A stretch of 64,000 nucleotides of DNA from the NCBI GenBank assembly GCA_947385375.1, contig CANDKR010000005.1:41907-105906 (forward strand), in the 5' to 3' direction. This stretch comes from an uncultured Clostridia bacterium. Its GTDB lineage: Bacteria; Bacillota; Clostridia; TANB77; CAG-508. The translations under genes and the position numbers were made by a program. Under the pieces are notes generated by a model. It searched no databases and was not told the DNA's origin. It saw nothing but the letters and a program-made list of their open reading frames with translations. The stretch's first letter is position 1. Every line of letters starts with the position of its first letter. This document shows positions 21,386 to 30,356 of the stretch, piece after piece.

Positions 21386-21415
21386 GAGAGCAGACCATTT
21401 TACTGGTCTGCTCTC
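21386..21415. terminator. bidirectional terminator hairpin GAGAGCAGACCA-TTTTAC-TGGTCTGCTCTC at the left edge of the GC-rich island
   Basis: 12-bp perfect stem between convergent genes. Confidence 0.6.
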
Positions 21416-21430
21416 AGGTTTATATGGCAT

Positions 21431-21856
21431 TTATTGCTGGGGTCGTTTGACATATGCCAACTGGATGCGCTTCACAGCGTTGACCACAGTAATTGTCTTG
21501 TGATTGTGATAGAACTTTCTGACTGTGGAATAGTCGGCAGGGTAGAACTCGTGCTGGAAAAGCTCGAAGCCGTCGTCATAGACGTTGATTACCAGCACAG
21601 GCTTGGGCCGGTCATATACGGCGAACTTGCTCATCGGGTGAGAATCTCCATAGGGCAGGTTTTTCAGCCGGATAAACTCGTTGCTGATAATTTCTGCCAG
21701 CTCCTGAATCTCCTGCTCAGACATCGTCTCCTTGAAGTGCTCGGTGAGCTGGGTGGTGATGTCCTGAAGGGATGGGATTTCCACGGGAGTGTTCTCCGGC
21801 AGTTGGCCCTCACTGGACTCTGTTCTCGTTATTGTTTTTACCTTTACGCATGCCAT
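21431..21856 (-). CDS. hypothetical protein (141 aa) encoded in GC-rich foreign DNA
   Basis: start MACVKVK after AAAGGAGG RBS; GC-rich codon usage unlike neighbours; a 5' UTR hairpin CTTTGGAGGC-GCAA-GCCTCCAAAG lies just upstream. Confidence 0.5.
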   Translation of the reverse strand: MACVKVKTITRTESSEGQLPENTPVEIPSLQDITTQLTEHFKETMSEQEIQELAEIISNEFIRLKNLPYGDSHPMSKFAVYDRPKPVLVINVYDDGFELFQHEFYPADYSTVRKFYHNHKTITVVNAVKRIQLAYVKRPQQ

Positions 21857-21979
21857 TTTTGTAGCCTCCTTTGAAGTGCCTTTGGAGGCTTGCGCCTCCA
21901 AAGTTTTTGTGTTTTGGGTGCGCAATATAAGATTACTTACAATACCTATTATAACACAGTTTACATAAAGATTCAAATT

Positions 21980-22008
21980 TTGACACTAATTTGTAGATAT
22001 GGTATAAT
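21980..22008 (+). promoter_or_regulatory. perfect consensus promoter TTGACA-N17-TATAAT driving the secreted-protein gene
   Basis: both hexamers match consensus exactly; downstream TAAGGAGG RBS 9 nt before ATG 22164. Confidence 0.5.
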
Positions 22009-22072
22009 AAAGTTAGATTGATGCGCTTTGCGTATCCGTCTTTCATATATATGTCGCGACCTTTTGCGACAA

Positions 22073-22085
22073 GAATTCAGCTAGC
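22073..22085. repeat. left copy of a 13-bp perfect inverted repeat GAATTCAGCTAGC (EcoRI + NheI sites)
   Basis: reverse complement GCTAGCTGAATTC occurs at 23463..23475; the pair brackets the secreted-protein gene. Confidence 0.7.
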
Positions 22086-22163
22086 AGCATATCCGGTAAT
22101 ACCCTGCAAGATCCTGAAATCAAGTAACAACAACACGACTTAGCCTAAGGAGGGCTCAACACT

Positions 22164-23420
22164 ATGAAAAAAATGGTTTCTATGTTTTTGGCAGTGCTGG
22201 CTATGCTCAGCCTGACCTGCACCGCCTTCGCGGCGGACACTTCGTCCTACGTTTATGTCTGGCAGGACGATGAAAGCAAATTGCTGCATGTGCAGCATTA
22301 CGAGTACGACGTGGTCGGCGCCTATATGGACATTGATGACCGCGTCACCGTCAAGGGCAGCAACCTGTACGACATGGCCGGCATTTTGATCACCAACGAC
22401 CTTGCGTCTTACAGTGACAACAAGCCGTCTGTGGGCCTGAACGACAGCGGACTGTATTTCCTGTCGAAAGACGGAGAACTCCGCTATATGGAACACAGCA
22501 CTGACCAGACCTACTCGGTTGCAAACGTTACCGCCGATTATATCGAGCTCGACATTGAGTCGATGGCGGTGAACGCAGTTTCCGGCCGGAAGAGCTGGGC
22601 TCTTCGGAACCTGACTTTCTCTGGCAACTACAAGCGCAATGATGACCCTGCGGTCGTAAACGGCGCTTATGTCAAGTCCTATGCGGACAAGGAAGACCCC
22701 GAGCGGATTGGCTATGATGCGTACTACAATGGTAAGCGTCTCCTGTCGACTTTCTGCCGTATCAGCAATGTGTGGCAGAGCGACTACAATGTGCTCCTGA
22801 GCAGCACCTGCAAGGGTGCTAAGTTCTGCGGTTACACCAGCGCGTATTCCATCTACCTGTATGATATGCAGACCAAGACGGTTTACGAGTTCAAGCTTGC
22901 CGACAAGTTCAAGACCGCCTACACGGTTCTGAAGGGCGAGACGGTGTATCTCTTTGAGCGCAATGATGCAGGTTTCATTTCCGCCATCGTCACTGACAAG
23001 GGCACTCACTCGGTGAGCACCACTGTGACGAATCCGTCTGCACTGGCGCCGAATCCCGGCAATAACGGTGGCAATAACGGAGGTAACGGCGGCAACACTG
23101 CCACTGGCAACATCACGTCTGTGAAGAACTTCTTGGACAAGAGTATGGCGTATGAGGGCAAAACTCTTTACGGCACTCTGTCCTACTCTGATGGCTCTTT
23201 GAGCTGGAAGGGCACCGTGATTTACAACGGAACCGATGTTGTCGACTTCGGCGTTACGAAGGACGGCGCTGCTGTGTTTACCAAGTCGAACGGTGACACG
23301 TATGTCTACCGGAACGGCAGTAACAGCAGAGTGGCAACCTCTGTGAACCAGGTGGTTTATGACGACAACGGCAGAGCCGAGGCAGTCAAGACTACTGGCA
23401 ATAAGACTCTGTACCTGTAA
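22164..23420 (+). CDS. secreted protein of unknown function (signal peptide, Gly/Asn-rich linker), about 55% GC
   Basis: 418 aa; signal peptide MKKMVSMFLAVLAMLSLTCTAFA|AD; low-complexity NPGNNGGNNGGNGGNTATGN linker; the antisense 432-aa ORF is a high-GC artefact. Confidence 0.7.
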   Translation: MKKMVSMFLAVLAMLSLTCTAFAADTSSYVYVWQDDESKLLHVQHYEYDVVGAYMDIDDRVTVKGSNLYDMAGILITNDLASYSDNKPSVGLNDSGLYFLSKDGELRYMEHSTDQTYSVANVTADYIELDIESMAVNAVSGRKSWALRNLTFSGNYKRNDDPAVVNGAYVKSYADKEDPERIGYDAYYNGKRLLSTFCRISNVWQSDYNVLLSSTCKGAKFCGYTSAYSIYLYDMQTKTVYEFKLADKFKTAYTVLKGETVYLFERNDAGFISAIVTDKGTHSVSTTVTNPSALAPNPGNNGGNNGGNGGNTATGNITSVKNFLDKSMAYEGKTLYGTLSYSDGSLSWKGTVIYNGTDVVDFGVTKDGAAVFTKSNGDTYVYRNGSNSRVATSVNQVVYDDNGRAEAVKTTGNKTLYL

Positions 23421-23462
23421 GCCCACGACTGAGGGCACGGGACAGTAACGATATATTTGCTT

Positions 23463-23475
23463 GCTAGCTGAATTC
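23463..23475. repeat. right copy of the 13-bp inverted repeat (GCTAGCTGAATTC)
   Basis: exact reverse complement of 22073..22085. Confidence 0.7.
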
Positions 23476-23486
23476 TAAAAAGGGAT

Positions 23487-23512
23487 TTCGGGTGCGTCAT
23501 AGTGACGCACCC
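23487..23512. terminator. GC-rich hairpin GGGTGCGTCA-TAG-TGACGCACCC at the right edge of the island
   Basis: 10-bp perfect stem directly after the right inverted repeat; a second AT-rich hairpin AGTGCAAACA...TGTTTGCACT follows at about 23542-23577. Confidence 0.5.
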
Positions 23513-23604
23513 GTACCCAATTTATTTTGAAAATTATTTAAGTGCAAACATTACTTTATTGTTCTTGTTTGCACTTTTTGTCTAAATATGTTAGTATATA
23601 GAGT

Positions 23605-24087
23605 ATGGAAGATAAAGAAAAGTTTATGAAAGCAGCTCTAAAAGAAGCAGGTAAAGCATATAGTAAAGAGGAAGTCCCAGTCGGAGCTGTAATTGTTAAA
23701 GATAATAAAATAATTGCAAGAGCGCACAATTTAAAGGAAACAAAGGCAAATGCAGTATCACATGCAGAGATTTTAGCAATAGAAAAAGCTTGTAAAAAAC
23801 TAGGTTCTTGGAGATTAACTGATTGTGATATGTATGTGACTTTAGAGCCTTGTACAATGTGTACAGGTGCTTTAATAAATGCTAGGATTAGAAAACTATA
23901 CATAGGTACAAATGACCCGAAAACAGGTGCTTGTGGCTCAAGGATAAATTTAATAGAAGATATTGAATTTAATCATAAGATTGAGATTGAACGAGAAATT
24001 TTGCAAAAAGAATGTGAGAAAATCTTAAAAGACTTTTTCAAATTCTTAAGAGAAAGGAATAAAAATGGAAAAGCAAAAAATATTTAA
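23605..24087 (+). CDS. tadA: tRNA-specific adenosine deaminase
   Basis: 160 aa; CMP/dCMP deaminase zinc motifs HAEILAI and PCTMCTGA. Confidence 0.9.
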   Translation: MEDKEKFMKAALKEAGKAYSKEEVPVGAVIVKDNKIIARAHNLKETKANAVSHAEILAIEKACKKLGSWRLTDCDMYVTLEPCTMCTGALINARIRKLYIGTNDPKTGACGSRINLIEDIEFNHKIEIEREILQKECEKILKDFFKFLRERNKNGKAKNI

Positions 24088-24793
24088 GAGATGTGCTTTT
24101 ATTGCAGTCGTGGTAATACTTATAACGATTGCACTTACAATTATGCTTAAATATGAAGTTGAAGGTGAGCAGTCATTGCCTTATGCAATCGATAAAATAC
24201 TTATGGTAAGTACAGTTGATGGTGACTTTGTCGATGATAGTGAGCATATTTGGAATATCAATGTAACAGAGATAAATGATTTATATATGTACATTTCTCA
24301 AAGTAAAGAAACAGAAGAGACTATTAAACAGATAACTATTGAGAATTTTAATTTGGATAAAAAACCACAAAAAGGAAATGTTAAAATATACAGACCAACT
24401 TCAGATTTAGACAACCTATACACTTATAGTGAACAGGATTATTTAAATGATAAAATTGTATATACGGGTGCAAAAATAGATGATATGAAAACTTTAGAAA
24501 TTGCTAATAATGGTGGTATGTTAGGCTTTAGACTATCTTTGGAAGATTTAGGAACATATATATCAAATGAAGACACAGAAATCATTTATGATGGGCGCTT
24601 ACTTCAAAATTTAGGTGTTTCTTTGGAAGAAATAAAGCTACAACTAAGTTTTGATATAATTATTGAAACAAATTCAAATGTAAGTTATAAAGGTTCTTTG
24701 TTAATGGAAATGCCAACAGATGAAATAATAGAGAAAGGTTCATCACAAATTGAGATAACAGATTTCTCAGATGTTATATTTAAAAGAATATAA
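24065..24793 (+). CDS. membrane-anchored hypothetical protein (single N-terminal TM)
   Basis: 242 aa, TM helix CAFIAVVVILITIALTIML, overlaps tadA stop by 23 nt. Confidence 0.5.
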   Translation: MEKQKIFKRCAFIAVVVILITIALTIMLKYEVEGEQSLPYAIDKILMVSTVDGDFVDDSEHIWNINVTEINDLYMYISQSKETEETIKQITIENFNLDKKPQKGNVKIYRPTSDLDNLYTYSEQDYLNDKIVYTGAKIDDMKTLEIANNGGMLGFRLSLEDLGTYISNEDTEIIYDGRLLQNLGVSLEEIKLQLSFDIIIETNSNVSYKGSLLMEMPTDEIIEKGSSQIEITDFSDVIFKRI

Positions 24794-24854
24794 AAAGGTA
24801 TTGCAAAAAGGAAAATTCCATTATATAATCATAAAAGAATTTAAGAGGGCTTTT

Positions 24855-24956
24855 CTTTAGGAAGGTATACTTCAATAAAAAGCTATGAATCTCGTCAGGT
24901 TCGGAAGGAAGCAGCGATAAGTAGTGCATTTATGTGAATAGTATGCCTTCCTAAAG
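24855..24956 (+). ncRNA. ffs: small SRP RNA (ffs, 4.5S/scRNA-type)
   Basis: conserved domain IV sequence GTCAGGTTCGGAAGGAAGCAGCG, closing stem CTTTAGGAAGGTATAC / GTATGCCTTCCTAAAG, canonical position directly upstream of dnaX-ybaB-recR. Confidence 0.7.
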
Positions 24957-24989
24957 AGAAGTCTTTTCTTTTAAATTAAGGGGGCAAAA

Positions 24990-26576
24990 ATGGCATATAC
25001 AGCTTTATATAGAGCATTTAGACCAACCACCTTTGCAGATATGGTTGGACAAGATCATATAACTAAAACTTTGAAAAATCAGATAATGGCAGGAAGAGTA
25101 GGGCATGCATATTTATTTAATGGTGGTCGTGGTACAGGAAAAACTACTTCTGCAAAAATACTTGCAAGAGCAGTAAATTGCTTAAATCCAAAAGATGGTG
25201 AGCCTTGTAACGAATGTGAAATTTGCAAAGAAATCTTAAGTGGTTCACTAACTGATGTAGTAGAAATGGATGCAGCTTCAAACAATAGCGTTGAAGATAT
25301 TAGAACTATTAGAGATGAAGTAAATTTCTTACCAACTAAAGCAAAATATAGAGTATATATAATTGATGAGGTTCATATGTTATCAGTAGGTGCTTTTAAT
25401 GCACTACTTAAAACTTTAGAAGAACCACCAGAGCATGTTAAATTTATTTTAGCTACTACTGAGCCTCAAAAATTACCAACTACAATACTTTCAAGATGCC
25501 AAAGATTTGATTTTAAGAAAATTTCAGATGAATATATTATAAAAAGACTTAAAGTTATTTGTGAAGGCGCTAATATTAAAATTAGTGAAGAAGCTATGAA
25601 GATTATTGCTGTACTTTCAGAAGGTGCAATGCGTGATGCGATAAGTATATTAGAAAGATGTAGCCAAGAAAGTAGCGATGAGATTTCAGCAGATATGGTT
25701 AAAGAATTAGTTGGAATTCCTAACTTAGAATACATTAGTAGGATTTCAAAAGCAATGCTTGCAAATGACGAAATATCAGCACTTGGAGTTATTGATGAAG
25801 TTATAAAAGAGGGAAAAGACTTATATAATTTCTTATGGGAAATTATTAAGTACATAAAAGATGTGCTTGTATATAAAGCAACTAATCATTTAGAGTTATA
25901 TTCAACAGAAGAGTTACAGCAGATAAAAGAAATTGCTGAAACTAGTGAAAAAGATAGACTTTTAAGCATTATATATGAATTATCAGAATTAGAAAACAGT
26001 TTGAAATGGTCTAATCAAAAAACTATTTTATTTCAAACAGGTGTAATAAAAGCTTGTATGGGCGGAAATTTTGCAAGCGGAGATGTACAAGAATTACAAA
26101 ATAGAATAGAAAAATTAGAAGCAAAAATTAGTAATATAAATCCATCAGAAATGATGAAAAGCTCACAAAATAATTATGTGAGAGAAGAAAAGCAAGAGCA
26201 AGCAATATCAGTACCTGCTCCAGAAAAGAAAATACCAGATTTACCAAAACAAAAGGGTAATGATTTTTGGAAAAGAGTAATGGACACTTTAAAACGTAGT
26301 AATAAAATGACTCTTTATGCGACACTTATTAATAGTAGAGCTACACTTATAAATGATTTTAGTCTTGAAATCGAGTTTCCAAACGGACTTACAGCTTTTA
26401 ATGAGAGTTTCTTAAATAATGCGAATAATAGAACAGACTTAATAAAAGCTGTGCAAGCAGTTACTGGAAATCAAGTAAGTATAACTATAAAAGACGGCAG
26501 AACAAAGGCATCAGAAGTAAAAGAAACAAAAACTCCTATGCAAGATTTAGGCATAGATATAAATATAATAGATTAA
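24990..26576 (+). CDS. dnaX: DNA polymerase III subunits gamma/tau
   Basis: 528 aa; Walker [10 protein letters not shown], zinc module CNECEIC, Walker B IIDEVHML, sensor motifs. Confidence 0.95.
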   Translation: MAYTALYRAFRPTTFADMVGQDHITKTLKNQIMAGRVGHAYLFNGGRGTGKTTSAKILARAVNCLNPKDGEPCNECEICKEILSGSLTDVVEMDAASNNSVEDIRTIRDEVNFLPTKAKYRVYIIDEVHMLSVGAFNALLKTLEEPPEHVKFILATTEPQKLPTTILSRCQRFDFKKISDEYIIKRLKVICEGANIKISEEAMKIIAVLSEGAMRDAISILERCSQESSDEISADMVKELVGIPNLEYISRISKAMLANDEISALGVIDEVIKEGKDLYNFLWEIIKYIKDVLVYKATNHLELYSTEELQQIKEIAETSEKDRLLSIIYELSELENSLKWSNQKTILFQTGVIKACMGGNFASGDVQELQNRIEKLEAKISNINPSEMMKSSQNNYVREEKQEQAISVPAPEKKIPDLPKQKGNDFWKRVMDTLKRSNKMTLYATLINSRATLINDFSLEIEFPNGLTAFNESFLNNANNRTDLIKAVQAVTGNQVSITIKDGRTKASEVKETKTPMQDLGIDINIID

Positions 26577-26589
26577 GGAGGATAAGACA

Positions 26590-26934
26590 ATGGCAAAAAG
26601 AGGAGGATTCCCAGGCGGAATGGGAGGATTTGGCGGAATGAATATCAATCAACTTATGAAAGAAGCTAAAAAAATGCAAGCAGATATTGAAAATTCACAA
26701 AATGAGCTTGCAAGTAAGGAATTTGAAGCAACAGCAGGTGGAGGAGCAGTAACAGTAAAAGTTAGCGGAGCAAAATTTATAAAAGAAATCAAGTTACAAA
26801 AAGATGTAGTTGATCCAGATGATATTGAAATGTTACAAGACTTGATTTTAACTGCAACTAATGAAGCTTTAAGGAAAGTTGATGACGCTCAAGCAGCACA
26901 AATGGGAAAATATAATATACCAGGATTAATGTAA
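26590..26934 (+). CDS. ybaB: nucleoid-associated protein YbaB/EbfC
   Basis: 114 aa, Gly-rich N-terminus, conserved YbaB core ([32 protein letters not shown]). Confidence 0.9.
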   Translation: MAKRGGFPGGMGGFGGMNINQLMKEAKKMQADIENSQNELASKEFEATAGGGAVTVKVSGAKFIKEIKLQKDVVDPDDIEMLQDLILTATNEALRKVDDAQAAQMGKYNIPGLM

Positions 26935-26951
26935 GATAAAGAGGAAGAAAA

Positions 26952-27552
26952 ATGTCACTTTACGCACCATCAATAGAAAAGTTAATTGAGAGTTTTGAGA
27001 AACTACCAAGTATTCGGGCATAAAACAGCTCAAAGGCTAGCTTTCTATATGTTAGATTTAAGTAGTGAAGAAGTAGAAGAGTTTACTTCTTCAATAATAA
27101 ACGCTAAGAAAAATTTAAAATTCTGTTCAAAATGTTTTAATATCTCAGATACAGAACCTTGTAATATTTGTTCAAATCCTAAAAGGGATGAAAGCACTAT
27201 CTGTGTAGTAGAAGATGTTAGAGATGTTTTAGCAATGGAAAGGACACACGAGTATAATGGTGTTTATCACGTTTTACACGGTTCGATATCACCAATGAAT
27301 GGTGTAGGTCCAGATGATATTAAAATAAAAGAATTACTTTCAAGGATAATGGGTGGAGAAGTTAAGGAAATTATTTTGGCTACCAACCCTAGAGTAGAAG
27401 GAGAAGCAACCTCAATGTATATATCAAAACTTGTAAAACCACTTGGAGTAAAAGTTACTAGAATTGCTAGAGGTATTCCAATTGGTGGAGATTTAGAGTA
27501 TACAGACGAAGTTACTTTAAGTAAAGCCTTAGAAGGTAGAAGTGAAATGTAA
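26952..27552 (+). pseudogene. recR: recombination protein RecR, frameshifted after codon 22
   Basis: [23 protein letters not shown] then [11 protein letters not shown]...C4 zinc finger ([17 protein letters not shown]) and Toprim domain in a second frame. Deleting C at 27015 (AGTATT[C]GGGCAT) restores [14 protein letters not shown]. Confidence 0.85.
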
Positions 27553-27578
27553 AAAAATAAGCCTTATGGCTTATTTTT

Positions 27579-29013
27579 TTATCTTGCTTCAACTTGTAAA
27601 TTTTGACTATCTTTACCAATAAATTTATTATATGCTTGAATAATTGGCGAATAGAAAGTTTCAATATGCTGTTTTTCCATTTGAGCAACAGATAGTAGGA
27701 AATATTGTCCTTCTCTGTCATGTGGTGTTTTATAATCTGTAGTTTCTATGAATGATCTTAAAGATTCTTGACCTGGTATGTCTGCTACTTGCCCAGAAGA
27801 ACGCATTCTTTTTACTAAAAATTCTGATGCTTGTTCACTATGCTCAAGTTCAGGATGTTGAGATATAAAAGCTTTTACTAGTAAGTCTTTTCTTAATCCA
27901 TCAGAAATGTAACCAGATACAGAGTTTTCCAAAAGTATTTCTGCCATAAAACCAGATACAGCATTGTTCATATCAGCTTCCTCTAATAAAGTTGAACTTG
28001 AATAATCATGTGGTTGTATTTTTGTACTTTCAAGCATAGAAATTAATTCTTGAGCTTTTTGCGAAGTTACAATGTCTCCTGATAAAGTTCCTAAATCTTC
28101 TTGTATTCTTGTTAAAATTCTTCTTTCTTCTAATTTTAAATATGCAGAATATATCAAATTATCTTCACTTTGCACACTTTGAGCAGTTTCGGCACATTCT
28201 AAAATAGCATTTCTTCTAATAATACCTTCTTGTGATTCAGTTTGCTCATCTTTTAGCATTGCTAAAATTGCAGCAGGTGTAGCATCTTTTTCTTTAGATT
28301 TCATAAAGTTTATCAAAGAACTTTCATAAGAAAGGGTTTGTTCAGGCCTTTTAATGCTTTTTAAAGCTTCAAGCCTAGTAGCTAAAGCCTCTCCATATTG
28401 CATAAGCTCATCAAAAGGAATGCTACTTACATTAATAGATTGAGGTAGGTCTTTTTCAAAAGCACTATAATCTACTTGAAGATCTGGATTAAGTATAAGC
28501 TGTGTTTTAACATTAATATTTTCAAGGACTTTATAAAAGTCTGGTGTTAATGTAATATTTTTTTCTTTAGCAAGTGTTTCTATTTCTCTTTTTGCAATGT
28601 TTCTAAATTGTGCTAAGGTATGTGGATTTGAGCCGCCTTTTTCTCTTGGTCTATCTAACTCGCTGTCTAAAAGAGTTACGATATATTTAAAAGTATCTTT
28701 GTCTACTCTTTCAAGCATTGTTCCTAGTTCTACCATTTCACCTGACATAACTTTTCTTTTTAATTTTATAATAATATCTCCAGTTTGTTCGTCAGTTTCA
28801 GGAAGTACAACTGTTTTAGAGTCAGGCATTAAAATCCAATCAGCTTCTTTTCCGTACTTCAACTGGTGGTCTTGAAATAGGAGTTTGTATATCATAATTA
28901 ACTTTATACTGTGCTAAACCATCTTGAAGTGGCTGAGTACTACCTTTTTCAGGTTCAGGTCCACTAGGTAAAGCAGAGGCTTTATTTTTACGAAATCTAT
29001 CTAATAGTCCCAT
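27579..29013 (-). pseudogene. hypothetical protein (about 478 aa if joined), frameshift in an A4/T4 run near 28848-28851
   Basis: 77-aa N-terminal ORF with AAAGGAG RBS (MGLLDRFRKN...) ends 28840; the 438-aa ORF continues in the +1 frame with no RBS of its own; removing one A joins ...PISRPPVEVRK-EADWILMPD. Confidence 0.5.
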
Positions 29014-29088
29014 AAGTTTCTCCTTTGTATAGTAATCTAATTTTATTGTATTATATAAACTAATCAAAAGCAATTACATTTATGTAAC

Positions 29089-29118
29089 AAAAACGCTACT
29101 ATTGTAGTAGCGTTTTAC
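29089..29118. terminator. hairpin AAAACGCTACTA-TTG-TAGTAGCGTTTT overlapping the ugtP-like stop codon
   Basis: 12-bp perfect stem flanked by A/T runs. Confidence 0.55.
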
Positions 29119-30224
29119 AAATATTTTTAGTTGAATTTGGTCTTGATAAATTTTCTGTGGCTTTCTTCATATTTTCTAGTAGTTCAGGATGTCTATATAG
29201 ATTTTTCAAATGTCTTGCAACATTGTCATGTTTTTTTATCCAAATACCAGCACCATTTTTTTCAAGAAAATCAGCATTTTCTTCTTCTTGACCGAGGTAT
29301 AGGGTTCATAATTAGTATTGGCAAATTTGAAGTTAAAGCTTCTGTGATGGTAAGTCCACCGGGTTTTGTTATAACAAATTTTGAAATTGACATAAGCTCA
29401 GGAACTTTGTTAGTAAATTCTACGATTTTAATTCTATCTTCGCTTTCAGTGGCTTTTACTAAACTCTTAAATTTGTCGTTCATTTTAGGATTTCTTCCTG
29501 AGATTGCAACGACTTGTAGTTTAGAAAATAAACGAATTAGAGCTTTAAGCATTAAAATAGTTGTATTTCTTCCAAGTCCGAATTCGCCACCAGCAAAGAA
29601 CAAAACAACTTCATTATCTGGATTTAAATCAAATTCTTCACATACTTTTTTTCTATCATAATTTTCTAAAAATCTTTCAGAGACTGGAATACCAGTAACA
29701 TAGACTTTAGTACCATTTACACCTGCATTTACCATATCAGTTCTCATTTGTTCATTTGAAACAAAGAAATAGTCTTGAAATTCAGAGAATTCTAACCATT
29801 GTTCATGAATTTGAAAATCTGTAAGTATGGTTGCTATCTTGCAATGTAATTTATTCTTTTTCTTTAAAAATCCACACATTTGTGTACTAAATGGGTGGGT
29901 AGATATAATTAAATCTGGTGCAAATTCTTCGATATACACATTTAATTTATGAGCCATTACCTTATTTGATGTAGTTGAGATTTTAGCAAGAGCTCCATCT
30001 TTTGAATCTTTATAAAGTTGTTTCCAAGCCCAAGGAGCTTTTTTTGCCATCTCTTTATAGGCACCAGTAGTAACTTTATTTACATATTTATTAATATATT
30101 CAATACAATCTACCATATCTACTTTAATATCTGGATATTTTTCCTCTAAGTAGCTTCTAATAGATTTTGCAGCAGAGAGATGCCCTCCACCATATGAACC
30201 ATAGAAAATTAAAATTTTTTTCAT
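29099..30224 (-). pseudogene. diacylglycerol glycosyltransferase (MGDG synthase/UgtP-like, GT28 family), frameshifted near the C-terminus
   Basis: N-terminus MKKILIFYGSYGGGHLSAAKSI typical of UgtP/MGDG synthases; ORF ends IMNPIPRSRRRKC* while the +1 frame continues GQEEENADFLEKNGAGIWIKK...; deleting C in CCTATACCT[C]GGTCAA restores it. Confidence 0.75.
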
Positions 30225-30356
30225 ATAAGTACCTCTTAATTTATTGTATGCACATTATATCACTAATTTTAAAATAAATAAATAGTAGCTGGAAAAATAA
30301 GTATATTTTAAATATTTAAGGAAAAAATATAAATATTAATTTTAAGGAGATATATA

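Noticed and set aside
22140-23438. 432-aa ORF on the minus strand fully overlapping the secreted-protein gene
   Set aside because: It is the antisense of a GC-rich gene, where stop codons are rare. It has no RBS and the translation is low-complexity, so it is a compositional artefact.
22073-23475. Interpreting the EcoRI/NheI inverted repeats as proof of cloning-vector contamination
   Set aside because: No other vector hallmarks (origin, resistance marker, multiple cloning site string) are present, and the flanking hairpins look like native terminators. It is kept as a hypothesis in findings rather than asserted.
29131-29661. 176-aa plus-strand ORF
   Set aside because: It lies entirely antisense to the ugtP-like glycosyltransferase gene, which has clear conserved motifs.
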